A stretch of DNA of 32,577 bases. Origin: Candidatus Methylomirabilia bacterium. Its GTDB lineage: Bacteria > Methylomirabilota > Methylomirabilia > Rokubacteriales > CSP1-6. Below are positions 1 to 13,116 of this stretch, in pieces. The notes beneath the pieces are model-generated. The model saw only the letters and a program-made list of their open reading frames with translations, did not search any database and was not told the origin of the DNA. Location: assembly GCA_041497895.1 (NCBI GenBank), contig JBGQHJ010000039.1, positions 1-32,577 on the forward strand, written 5' to 3'. The first letter of the stretch is position 1; each line of letters opens with the position of its first letter. A program made the translations under genes and the position numbers.

Positions 1-1
1 C

Positions 2-994
<993 letters not shown>

Positions 995-1021
995 GTCGCC
1001 GAGGACTCTCTCGACAACATT

Positions 1022-1086
1022 CCCCTCACCCTATTCCCCCTCTCCTCTCCCTCTCCCCCCCGACGGGGGAGAGGGAGAGGAGAGGG
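1022..1086 (+). repeat. REP-like palindromic element, copy 1 (CCCCTCACCC + purine/pyrimidine hairpin)
   Basis: CCCCTCACCC, then a 22-bp perfect stem 1038-1059/1065-1086; same motif at 4552, 19474 and 20406. Confidence 0.8.
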
Positions 1087-1197
1087 AGGCGATGTAATCG
1101 TCCGGGACCACCTCGGCGGCGCGGACGTGGGCGTCGTTGTAGGCGCCGGTGTCGCTCACCGGGCCAGCATACCCCCCGACCGTGAGAGAATATCCGG

Positions 1198-1980
1198 GTG
1201 ACTCCCCGCGCCCCGCGCGAGCCCGACGATCTCCCGCTCTTCGTCACCTCCCGGCTCCTCGAGCAGCACGGGCTGCCGCACGTCTTCACGACGCGGCACT
1301 TCCCGGGCGTCGCGCGTCCCACCGAGTCCCGCCCCCCGCTCGGCCCCGAGGCGCGCGCGCTCCTGGGCGCCCACGGCCTGGCCGGCGAGCCTGCGTTCGC
1401 GCGGCAGGTGCACGGCGCCGACGTGATCGGGGTGGAGCGCGGCGGCTTCGCCGGCCACGCGGATGCGCTCAGCACCAGCCGGGCCGGGGTGCCGCTCTGC
1501 ATCTCGACCGCGGACTGCCTGCCCATCGTGGTCTATGACCCGCGGGCCCGCCGCCTGGCCGCGGCGCACGCGGGCTGGCGGGGGACGGTGCAATCGGTCG
1601 GCCGCGCCGCCGTCGCGGCCCTGATCCAGGCCGGCAGCGCGCCGGATGACCTGGTGGTCGCCATCGGCCCCTCGATCGGGCCCTGCTGCTACGAGGTGGA
1701 CGCCCCCGTGCTCGAGCGCCTGGAGGCGGCCTTCCCGGGAGGGTGGGAGCCCTGGATGACGCCGAAGGGGCCGGGCAAGTGGATGCTCGACCTCTGGCGG
1801 GCCAACCGAGACCAGCTCGCGGCGGCCGGGGTCCGGCCGGAACGCATTGATCTGCTGGGGCTCTGCACCGGCTGCCGGCCCGACCTGCTCTTCTCCTACC
1901 GGCGCGAGCGCGGGGCCGGGCGGCTGGTCACGGTGGCGGCGCTGCCCGCGGGCCCTGACGGCCCCTCGCGGGCGTGCTAG
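1198..1980 (+). CDS. pgeF: PgeF/YfiH/YlmD family protein (purine nucleoside phosphorylase / peptidoglycan editing factor)
   Basis: QVHG, TADCLP, AHAGWRG, GPSIGPCCYEV, FSYRR motifs; lies after ftsZ. Confidence 0.93.
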   Translation: MTPRAPREPDDLPLFVTSRLLEQHGLPHVFTTRHFPGVARPTESRPPLGPEARALLGAHGLAGEPAFARQVHGADVIGVERGGFAGHADALSTSRAGVPLCISTADCLPIVVYDPRARRLAAAHAGWRGTVQSVGRAAVAALIQAGSAPDDLVVAIGPSIGPCCYEVDAPVLERLEAAFPGGWEPWMTPKGPGKWMLDLWRANRDQLAAAGVRPERIDLLGLCTGCRPDLLFSYRRERGAGRLVTVAALPAGPDGPSRAC

Positions 1981-1994
1981 AATCGCCCCCACTC

Positions 1995-2708
1995 ATGCTG
2001 GATTTGCGCGCCAACCTCGGGCGGGTCCAGGAGGCCGTCGCGCGGGCGTGCGCGCGGGCCGGTCGCTCCCCCGACCACGTACTGCTCATCGCGGTCTCCA
2101 AGACCATGGACGTCGAGCGGGTGCGGCTGGCGATCGCCGCGGGCGTCGTCGCGCTCGGAGAGAATCGCGTCCAGGAGGCGAAGGAGAAGATCGAGGCGCT
2201 CGGGCGCCCGGTGCCCTGGCACCTGATCGGGTCGCTGCAGACCAACAAGGCGAAGGATGCCGCGCGCCTCTTCGACTGGATCCACTCGGTGGATCGGCTT
2301 GAGCTGGCGCAGGAGCTGTCGCGGCGGGCGCACGGCGGCGAGCGGACGCTCAACGTGCTGCTCCAGGTGAATCTCGGGGACGAGCCGCAGAAGGGCGGCG
2401 TCGCCCCCGCCGAGCTGAAGCGCCTTCACGACACGATGGTCGGGCTGCCGAGCTTGAAGGTGCGCGGGCTCATGGCGATCCCGCCCGCGACCGAGCAGCC
2501 GGAACAGGCGCGCCCGTACTTCCGCCGGCTGCGCGAGCTGCGCGACGAGCTGGGCCTCGAGCATTGCTCGATGGGCATGAGCGCCGATTTCGAGGTGGCG
2601 ATCGAGGAAGGCGCGACCATGGTGCGGGTGGGCACCGCGATCTTCGGCGCGCGGGCCCCGCACGGGGCTTCCCCACCCGAGGGCGGTGGACAGGAGCGAA
2701 CGCGGTGA
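1995..2708 (+). CDS. yggS: YggS family PLP homeostasis protein
   Basis: AVSKT, GENRVQE, WHLIGSLQTNK, SMGMSADFEVAIEEGATMVRVGTAIFG; ATG 1995 (alternative GTG 1974). Confidence 0.95.
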   Translation: MLDLRANLGRVQEAVARACARAGRSPDHVLLIAVSKTMDVERVRLAIAAGVVALGENRVQEAKEKIEALGRPVPWHLIGSLQTNKAKDAARLFDWIHSVDRLELAQELSRRAHGGERTLNVLLQVNLGDEPQKGGVAPAELKRLHDTMVGLPSLKVRGLMAIPPATEQPEQARPYFRRLRELRDELGLEHCSMGMSADFEVAIEEGATMVRVGTAIFGARAPHGASPPEGGGQERTR

Positions 2709-3526
2709 GCATCAAGGACAAGAAGGTCGGGTTTCTGGGGGCGGGGAACATGGGCGAGGCCATCATCAAGGGCTTGCTTCAGACCGGCCTCGTGCCCGCG
2801 TCCGCGCTCGCGGCCACCGACGTGCGCGCCGACCGCCTCCAGCAGCTCGCCGACCGGTACGGCATCCGCGCGGCCGCCTCGAACCGCGACCTGGTCGCCC
2901 AGTCCGACGTGATCATCCTGGCCGTGAAGCCCCAGATCATGGGCGCGGTGCTGCGGGAGATCTCGGGCGCGGTGGACCGGGGCCGGCTCCTGATCTCGGT
3001 GGCGGCCGGGGTGCCGGTGGCGGTGCTGCGCGAGCATCTCGGCAAGCCCGCGCGCCTGATCCGGGTGATGCCGAACACGCCCGCGCTCGTGCTCGAGGGC
3101 GTGACCGCGATCGCGCGGGCCGAGGGGCTCGAGGCGGGCGATCTGGAGCTGGCGCAGGAGCTGTTCGGGGCGGTGGGGCGCGCGGTGGTGCTCGACGAGG
3201 ATGCGCTCGACGCGGTCACCGGGCTCTCCGGCTCGGGTCCGGCCTACGTGGCCATCGTCATCGAATCGCTGGCCGACGGCGGCGTGAAGATGGGACTCGA
3301 CCGCGCCACCGCGATGATCCTGGCCGCGCAGACCGTCCTCGGCTCGGCGCGCCTGATACTGGAGACCGGGATGCACCCGGGGCAGCTCAAGGACATGGTG
3401 TCCTCGCCGGGCGGCACCACCATCGCCGGCATCGCGGCGCTGGAGGAGGGCGGGGTGCGACGGACCTTCATCGGCGCGGTCGAGCGGGCGACGCTACGCT
3501 CGCGCGAGCTCGGAGGCAAACGCTAG
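2705..3526 (+). CDS. proC: Pyrroline-5-carboxylate reductase
   Basis: GFLGAGNMG, RVMPNTP, TGLSGSGPAY, VSSPGGTT; GTGA overlap with the yggS stop and GGAG upstream. Confidence 0.96.
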   Translation: MSIKDKKVGFLGAGNMGEAIIKGLLQTGLVPASALAATDVRADRLQQLADRYGIRAAASNRDLVAQSDVIILAVKPQIMGAVLREISGAVDRGRLLISVAAGVPVAVLREHLGKPARLIRVMPNTPALVLEGVTAIARAEGLEAGDLELAQELFGAVGRAVVLDEDALDAVTGLSGSGPAYVAIVIESLADGGVKMGLDRATAMILAAQTVLGSARLILETGMHPGQLKDMVSSPGGTTIAGIAALEEGGVRRTFIGAVERATLRSRELGGKR

Positions 3527-3798
3527 TGCCGGAGCTCATCGGCTTCCTCGGCTGGCTGCTCGGTCTCTACTCGTGGGTGATCATCGCGGCGGCCCTCATC
3601 ACCTGGGTCAGCCCCGATCCCCGCAATCCAGTCGTGATGTTCCTGCGGCAGGTCACCGAGCCGGTGCTGGCGCCGGTGCGCCGCTTCCTGCCGCCGTGGA
3701 AGACCGGGGGGCTCGACTTCTCCCCGCTCATCGTCATCCTGGCCATCCAGTTCGTGGAGCGGGTGATCCTTCCCGGCCTGCTCCGAGCGATGTACTGA
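3526..3798 (+). CDS. yggT: YggT/YlmG family membrane protein
   Basis: LYSWVIIAAALITWVSPDPRNP...VTEPVLAPVRR...LDFSPLI; GTG overlaps the proC stop. Confidence 0.93.
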   Translation: MPELIGFLGWLLGLYSWVIIAAALITWVSPDPRNPVVMFLRQVTEPVLAPVRRFLPPWKTGGLDFSPLIVILAIQFVERVILPGLLRAMY

Positions 3799-3808
3799 GG
3801 AGAGTCCC

Positions 3809-4285
3809 GTGCGCATCACGCCCATGGATATCCGTCAGCAGCAGTTCACGGTCAGGATGTTCCGCGGCTTCGACGTCCAGGAGGTGGACACCTTCCTCGA
3901 GGATCTCGCCGCCGACTACGAGGCCCTCCTGAAGGAGAACACCCTGCTGAAGGAGCACCTGCAGGCGGCCGAGGAGCGCACCCGCGGGCTCGAGCAGCGC
4001 GAGCGGATGCTGCAGGAGACCCTGGTGACCACCCAGCGCATGGTCGAGGAGATGAAGGACAATGCCCGGCGGGAGGCCCAGCTCCTGATCAAGGAAGCCG
4101 AGATGCAGGGCGAGAAGACCATCGAGGCCGCCCGCACCGCCGAGGGCGCGATCCAGGCCCAGATCAGCCAGCTCAAGCGGACGCGGCGGCAGCTCGCCGA
4201 GTCGCTGCGGGCCACCGTCGACATGTACCAGCGGCTGCTGGACCAGGATCTCGAGGCGGATGCCAACCAGGGCGACGGCGGCTAG
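3809..4285 (+). CDS. divIVA: DivIVA domain protein
   Basis: MRITPMDIRQQQF...RGFDVQEVDTFL N-terminal motif followed by coiled coil; GAGGAG RBS. Confidence 0.92.
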   Translation: MRITPMDIRQQQFTVRMFRGFDVQEVDTFLEDLAADYEALLKENTLLKEHLQAAEERTRGLEQRERMLQETLVTTQRMVEEMKDNARREAQLLIKEAEMQGEKTIEAARTAEGAIQAQISQLKRTRRQLAESLRATVDMYQRLLDQDLEADANQGDGG

Positions 4286-4628
4286 CTCCGAGACCCCGCT
4301 GCTGCACGTCCGGGTGAAGCCCGGGGCCCGACGCAACGAGATCCTGGGCTGGCAGGGGGACGCCCTTCGGGTCCGGGTGACCGCGCCTCCCGCCGACGGC
4401 CAGGCCAATCACGCGGTGACCGCCCTGCTGGCCGACGCGCTCGGCATCGCCCCGTCGCGGATCGCGCTGGTGCGCGGCGCGGCCTCCCGTGACAAGCTCT
4501 TCCGCGTCGAGCGCCTCTCCCCGTCCGACGTCCGCTCCCGCCTCGCCCCCTCCCTCTCCCCTCCGGGGAGAGGGCAGGGTGAGGGGGCCCAGGGTGAGGG
4601 GGCCCAGGGTGAGGGGATCTCGTCATGA
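4260..4628 (+). CDS. DUF167/YggU (UPF0235) protein with repeat-derived C-terminal extension
   Basis: VRVKPGA, LRVRVTAPPADGQAN, GAASRDK motifs; last ~25 codons come from the repeat at 4552-4616. Confidence 0.88.
   Translation: MPTRATAASSETPLLHVRVKPGARRNEILGWQGDALRVRVTAPPADGQANHAVTALLADALGIAPSRIALVRGAASRDKLFRVERLSPSDVRSRLAPSLSPPGRGQGEGAQGEGAQGEGISS
4552..4616 (-). repeat. REP-like palindromic element, copy 2 (reverse orientation, tail triplicated)
   Basis: CCCTCTCCCC-TCC-GGGGAGAGGG, then the 15-bp unit CAGGGTGAGGGGGCC at 4575, 4590 and 4605 (last copy partial). Confidence 0.85.
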
Positions 4629-5641
4629 TCACGCCCGTCCGCTGGGATGACGGTCGCCTGATCCTGATCGACCAGACCCGGCTGCCCACCGAGGAGGTGG
4701 AGCGCGCCTGCGGGAGCTGGCCCGAGGTCGCGCTCGCCATCCGCAGCCTGGTGGTCCGCGGCGCGCCCGCGATCGGGGTGGCCGCCGCGTTCGGCGTCGT
4801 GCTCGCCGCGCGGGCCAGCCGGGCGGCGGACCGCTCCGCGCTGCTGGCCGACCTGGAGGACGCGGTCAAGGGCCTGGCCGCGACGCGTCCCACCGCGGTC
4901 AACCTGTTCTGGGCGCTCGACCGGATGCGGCGCACCGCCCTAGCGAGCCCGGATCTGCCGGTGGCCGCGCTCGCGGACCGGCTGCTCGCCGAGGCCCAGG
5001 CCATCCTGGCCGAGGATCTCGCGGCCAACCGCGCGATGGGCGCCCACGGCGCCGCGCTCGTGCCCGAGGGCGCGCGCGTGCTCACCCACTGCAACGCGGG
5101 CGCGCTGGCCACCGCGGGCTACGGCACCGCGATCGGAGTGATCCGGGCCGCCCACGAGCGCGGCCGCCTCGCGCTGGTGTGGGTCGACGAGACGCGGCCG
5201 GTCATGCAGGGTTCCCGCCTCACCGCGTGGGAGCTGGCCAAGGAAGGCATTCCCCACCGCCTGATCTCCGATGTCGCGGCCGGCTTCGTGATGCAGCGCG
5301 GGGAGGTGGACCTGGTCGTGACCGGCGCGGACCGCATCGCGGCCAACGGCGACACCGCCAACAAGATCGGGACCTACTCGGTGGCGGTGCTGGCGCGCCA
5401 CCACCGCATCCCGTTCTACGTGGCCGCGCCGTACTCGACGATCGATCCCTCGATCTCGAGCGGCGCGTCGATCGTGATCGAGGAGCGCGACGGCGCCGAG
5501 GTGCGGGGGGTGGCCGGGCGCCAGACCGCGCCGGCGGCGTCACCGGTGTTCAACCCCGCCTTCGACGTCACCCCCGCGGACCTCATCACCGCGATCATCA
5601 CCGAGCGCGGGGTCGTCCGCCCGCCCTACCACTTCACGTAA
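4625..5641 (+). CDS. mtnA: S-methyl-5-thioribose-1-phosphate isomerase
   Basis: VRGAPAIG, TRPTAVNL, THCNAGALAT, ETRP, GADRIAANGDTANKIGT, NPAFDVTP. Confidence 0.96.
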   Translation: MITPVRWDDGRLILIDQTRLPTEEVERACGSWPEVALAIRSLVVRGAPAIGVAAAFGVVLAARASRAADRSALLADLEDAVKGLAATRPTAVNLFWALDRMRRTALASPDLPVAALADRLLAEAQAILAEDLAANRAMGAHGAALVPEGARVLTHCNAGALATAGYGTAIGVIRAAHERGRLALVWVDETRPVMQGSRLTAWELAKEGIPHRLISDVAAGFVMQRGEVDLVVTGADRIAANGDTANKIGTYSVAVLARHHRIPFYVAAPYSTIDPSISSGASIVIEERDGAEVRGVAGRQTAPAASPVFNPAFDVTPADLITAIITERGVVRPPYHFT

Positions 5642-7161
5642 GCACGCCGGTCATCTCCCGCAACCGCGACATCGCCAGCGCCCGCCAGTACCACGAGCGT
5701 ACCGCGCACTCGCCGGAGTCGGTGCGCGGCAGCGGCCACGTGCTGGACTGGGAGACCAAGCCGCTTCCGTTCAAGATCTACCCGGCGCTCGAGGCGCGAC
5801 GGCTCCCCACCGCGCTGCCCGCGCTCGCGACGGACACCTTCGCCGCGATCGGCCCCGCCGCGCCCATCGTCCGCGCGGCCCCGCTCGACCTCGACCGGCT
5901 CGCGGCGGTGCTCTTCTTCTCGGCCGGGGTCACCCGCGTGAAGACCTACCCGGGGGGCGGCCAGGTGCACTTCCGCGCCGCCGCCTCCACCGGCGCGCTC
6001 TACCAGACCGAGGTCTACGTGGTGGCCGGGGCGGTGGAGGGGCTCGCGCCCGGGATCTATCACTTCAGCCCGGGCGACTTCAGCCTGCGATGCCTCCGTG
6101 CCGGAGACTGGCGCGGGGCCCTCGCCCTGGCCGCGGCCGACGACGCGGTGGCCGCACAGCCGGCGTCCCTCGTCCTCTCCGCGATCTACTGGCGCAATAC
6201 CTGGAAGTACCAGGCGCGCGGCTACCGGCATCTCTTCTGGGACGCGGGCACCATGCTGAGCCAGGTCCTGGCCGTGGCGCGGGCGCTCGACCTGCCGGCC
6301 CGGCTCCTCACCGGGTTCGTGGACGCCCAGGTCAACGGCCTGCTCGGGCTCGACGCGGGCAGGGAAGGCGCGCTGGTGATCACGCCGATCGGCGCCGAGG
6401 GGCCTTCCGCTCTCGCGCCTCCGATCGTCACGCCGCTCGACCTCGAGGTGATCCCGCTCTCCCCGCGCGAGGTCGACTACCCGCTGCTGCGCCAGGCCTA
6501 CGACGACTCCTCCCTCGACTCCGAGCCGGAGGTCACCGACTGGCGCGAGGCCGGGGGTCAGGTCTTGCATTCCGACATTGTCGGAATGCAAGACCTGACC
6601 CCGAGCCGGGCCCTGGGGGAGACCATTGGCCGGCGCGGGTCCACGCGGGAGTTCTCGGGGGCGGCGATCTCCGAGGCCGCACTGGCCGGCGCGCTCGCGC
6701 CCGCGACGGCCGGGATCCCGATGGACGTGCCGGATGGCCTGGTCGATCTCTACGTCAACGTCCACGCGGTGACCGGCCTCGAGCCGGGCAGCTATGTCTA
6801 CGACCGCGGTGCGCGCGCGCTCTCGCGGCTCCGGGCCGGGGACGTGCGGCAGGCCTCCGCGTTCCTCTGCCTCGAGCAGGCCCTCGGCGGGACATCGAGC
6901 GCGACCGTGTTCCTCCTGGGCGATCTCACGCGCGTGCTCGAGGGCTGGGGCAACCGGGGCTACCGCGTGGCGAACCTCGAGGCGGGCCTGATCGGCGGCC
7001 GGCTCTACCTGGGCGCGTACGCGCAAGGCTTCGGGGCGAGCGGGCTCACGTTCTACGATCGGGCGGTGGTGGAGTTCTTCTCGCCGCACGCCGCCGGTCG
7101 GGACGCCCTCTTCGTCACCGCGCTCGGCCGCTCGCGCCCGCGGCCCGCCACACGGCCCTAG
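5638..7161 (+). CDS. SagB/ThcOx-family tandem nitroreductase-like protein (start codon uncertain)
   Basis: YHERTAHS...LDWETKPLPFKIY, RAAASTGALY, WKYQARGYRH, second domain RRGSTREF...RGYRVANLEAG. The first canonical in-frame start after mtnA is GTG 5722, downstream of family-like N-terminal residues. Confidence 0.85.
   Translation, partial: VSTPVISRNRDIASARQYHERTAHSPESVRGSGHVLDWETKPLPFKIYPALEARRLPTALPALATDTFAAIGPAAPIVRAAPLDLDRLAAVLFFSAGVTRVKTYPGGGQVHFRAAASTGALYQTEVYVVAGAVEGLAPGIYHFSPGDFSLRCLRAGDWRGALALAAADDAVAAQPASLVLSAIYWRNTWKYQARGYRHLFWDAGTMLSQVLAVARALDLPARLLTGFVDAQVNGLLGLDAGREGALVITPIGAEGPSALAPPIVTPLDLEVIPLSPREVDYPLLRQAYDDSSLDSEPEVTDWREAGGQVLHSDIVGMQDLTPSRALGETIGRRGSTREFSGAAISEAALAGALAPATAGIPMDVPDGLVDLYVNVHAVTGLEPGSYVYDRGARALSRLRAGDVRQASAFLCLEQALGGTSSATVFLLGDLTRVLEGWGNRGYRVANLEAGLIGGRLYLGAYAQGFGASGLTFYDRAVVEFFSPHAAGRDALFVTALGRSRPRPATRP
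6554..6602. repeat. Perfect 49-bp palindrome inside a CDS
   Basis: GGGGTCAGGTCTTGCATTCCGACA-T-TGTCGGAATGCAAGACCTGACCCC: 24-bp arms, AT-richer than the flanks. Confidence 0.92.
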
Positions 7162-7230
7162 CCCCCGTCGCGCCCGGGCCTCCCGGGCCCCTCGGCCGCT
7201 TCGTACGCCCGTTCACAAGCGGGCGTCTCA

Positions 7231-7260
7231 TTGCAAGGCATCGCAGGGTTCTGATACCGT
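7231..7260 (+). promoter_or_regulatory. Possible sigma-70 promoter
   Basis: TTGCAA-18 nt-TACCGT with an extended TG, about 50 nt upstream of ATG 7309. Confidence 0.35.
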
Positions 7261-7308
7261 GGTCGGGTCAACTCGACCCACGAGGAGCCTGCCCCCAAGG
7301 AGCTTGCG

Positions 7309-8448
7309 ATGAAGAAGTACTACCTGATGGCGCCGGGCCCGACCCCCGTGCCCTCGAACGTCCTGCTGGCCATGGCCCAGCCGATGATCCATCACCGGAC
7401 GCCGGAGTACGAGGCGCTCTTCATCGAGGTCCGGGCGGGGCTCAAGCGGCTCTTCCAGACGAGCCAGGACGTCATCCCGTTCACGTCCTCCGGCACCGGG
7501 GCGATGGAGGCCGCGGTCGTCAACACCCTGTCGGCCGGGGACACGGTCCTGGTGTTGCGCGCGGGCAAGTTCGGCGAGCGCTGGGAGGAGATCTGCCGCA
7601 CCCACGGGGTGACCGTGATCCCGCTCGAGGCGCCCTTCGGCCAGACCGTCCCCGCCGAGGCCTTCGCGCGGGCGCTGCGCGAGCACCCCGAGACGAAGGC
7701 GGTGCTGATGCAGCACAGCGAGTCGTCCACCGGCGTGCTCCACGACGTGAAGGGCATCGCCGCGGTCACCCGCTCCACCGACGCCATCCTGGTGGTCGAC
7801 GCGGTGTCGAGCCTCGGCATCGCCGACCTGCGCATGGACGAGTGGGGCGCGGACCTCGTGGTGTCGGGCTCCCAGAAGGGGCTGATGCTGCCGCCCGGCC
7901 TTTCCTTCTGCGCGCTCTCCGAGAAGGCGTGGGGTCACGTGAAGGCCTCGCGGCTGCCCAAGTACTACTTCGACATCGCCACCGAGCGGAAATTCGTCGC
8001 GCGCAACGAATGCCGCTTCACCCCCGCCGTCTCCATCTTCGTGGGACTGCGCGAGGTGCTCAAGATGCTCGAGGCCGAGGGGCTCCCGGCGGTGTTCCGC
8101 CGCCACGAGCGCCTGGCCCGGGCCACCCGCTCGGGCTGCGAGGCCCTGGGTCTCGCGCTGTTCGCCAAGACCCAGCCGAGCCCCGCGCTCACCGCGGTGG
8201 TGGCGCCGCGCGGCCTCGACAGCGAGGCGGTGCTCTCGACCTACTCGACCTCGCACAACATCACGATCGCGGGCGGGCAGGGGGAGATGAAGGGCAAGGT
8301 CTTCCGGCTCGGTCACATGGGCTACGTGGCCGACTTCGACGTGATCACCGCCCTGGCCGCGCTCGAGCAGGTCCTGCACGAGCTGGGGCAGCCGGTCGAC
8401 TTCGGCGCCGGCGTCCGCGCGGCCCAGAAGGTGTTCGCCGAGCGCTGA
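7309..8448 (+). CDS. Class V PLP aminotransferase (alanine-glyoxylate/serine-pyruvate family)
   Basis: PGPTPVP, SSGTGAMEA, VDAVSSLG, SGSQKGLMLPPG (PLP lysine), FRLGHMG; AAGGAG RBS. Confidence 0.93.
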   Translation: MKKYYLMAPGPTPVPSNVLLAMAQPMIHHRTPEYEALFIEVRAGLKRLFQTSQDVIPFTSSGTGAMEAAVVNTLSAGDTVLVLRAGKFGERWEEICRTHGVTVIPLEAPFGQTVPAEAFARALREHPETKAVLMQHSESSTGVLHDVKGIAAVTRSTDAILVVDAVSSLGIADLRMDEWGADLVVSGSQKGLMLPPGLSFCALSEKAWGHVKASRLPKYYFDIATERKFVARNECRFTPAVSIFVGLREVLKMLEAEGLPAVFRRHERLARATRSGCEALGLALFAKTQPSPALTAVVAPRGLDSEAVLSTYSTSHNITIAGGQGEMKGKVFRLGHMGYVADFDVITALAALEQVLHELGQPVDFGAGVRAAQKVFAER

Positions 8449-8453
8449 CCGCC

Positions 8454-9071
8454 ATGCGGATCCTGCTACTGCGTCACGCGGAGACCGACTGGAACCGGGA
8501 GCGACGCTTCCAGGGCTGGCGGGACGTCCCGCTGTCGGCCACCGGCCGGGAGCAGGCGGAGTCGGCGGCGCGCCTGCTCGCGGCCACCCGGATCGACGCG
8601 GTCTGGTCGAGCCCGCTCGCGCGCGCCCGCGACACCGCGGCCATCATCGCGGCCCCGCACCGCCTCGCGGTCCAGGAGTCGGAGGCCTTCCGCGAGATGG
8701 GCTTCGGCGACTGGGAGGGCCTCACGCGCGACGAGGTGCGCGAGCGCTTCCCCGACGCCCACCGCGCGTGGGCCGAGACCCCGCACGAGGCGTCCTGGCC
8801 CGGGGCGGAGACCCTCGCCACGGTGCGGGCGCGGGCGCTGGCGGGCCTCGAGGCTCTGCGGGCGGCGCACACCGGGCAGACCATCTGCCTCGTCTCCCAC
8901 GGGATCACCGGCCGCCTCCTGATCCTCGAGGCCCTCGGGCTCGGGCTGGACCGGCTCTGGTCCTTCCAGCTCTCGTCCACCGGGATCTCGGAGCTCGAGT
9001 TCCGGGACGACTGGACGACGCTGCACCGGATGAACTCGCTCATCCACCTGGCCGACGGCGCCGTCGCCTGA
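8454..9071 (+). CDS. Histidine phosphatase (PGM/CobC/PspA-like) family protein
   Basis: LRHAETDWN, SSPLARARDTA, EMGFGDWEG, VSHG motifs; corresponds to the 3' part of ORF 6090..9071. Confidence 0.9.
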   Translation: MRILLLRHAETDWNRERRFQGWRDVPLSATGREQAESAARLLAATRIDAVWSSPLARARDTAAIIAAPHRLAVQESEAFREMGFGDWEGLTRDEVRERFPDAHRAWAETPHEASWPGAETLATVRARALAGLEALRAAHTGQTICLVSHGITGRLLILEALGLGLDRLWSFQLSSTGISELEFRDDWTTLHRMNSLIHLADGAVA

Positions 9072-9082
9072 GGGCCCTTGCC

Positions 9083-11741
<2,659 letters not shown>

Positions 11742-11756
11742 GGCGCGGATCGCACG

Positions 11757-13115
<1,359 letters not shown>

Positions 13116-13116
13116 G

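Noticed and set aside
1093..1101. TGTAATCG resembling half of the enhancer box
   Set aside because: No TTAC half, no partner box and no -24/-12 promoter seen downstream.
4575..4616. Direct repeats as a possible CRISPR
   Set aside because: 15-bp units with no spacers and no cas genes.
5638..7161. SagB-type gene as part of a RiPP (azole peptide) cluster
   Set aside because: No YcaO, precursor peptide or transporter nearby; context is housekeeping.
6090..9071. 993-aa ORF that looks like a large fusion ending in a histidine phosphatase
   Set aside because: The upstream part is an Arg/Gly/Pro-rich off-frame reading over real genes; the phosphatase starts at ATG 8454.
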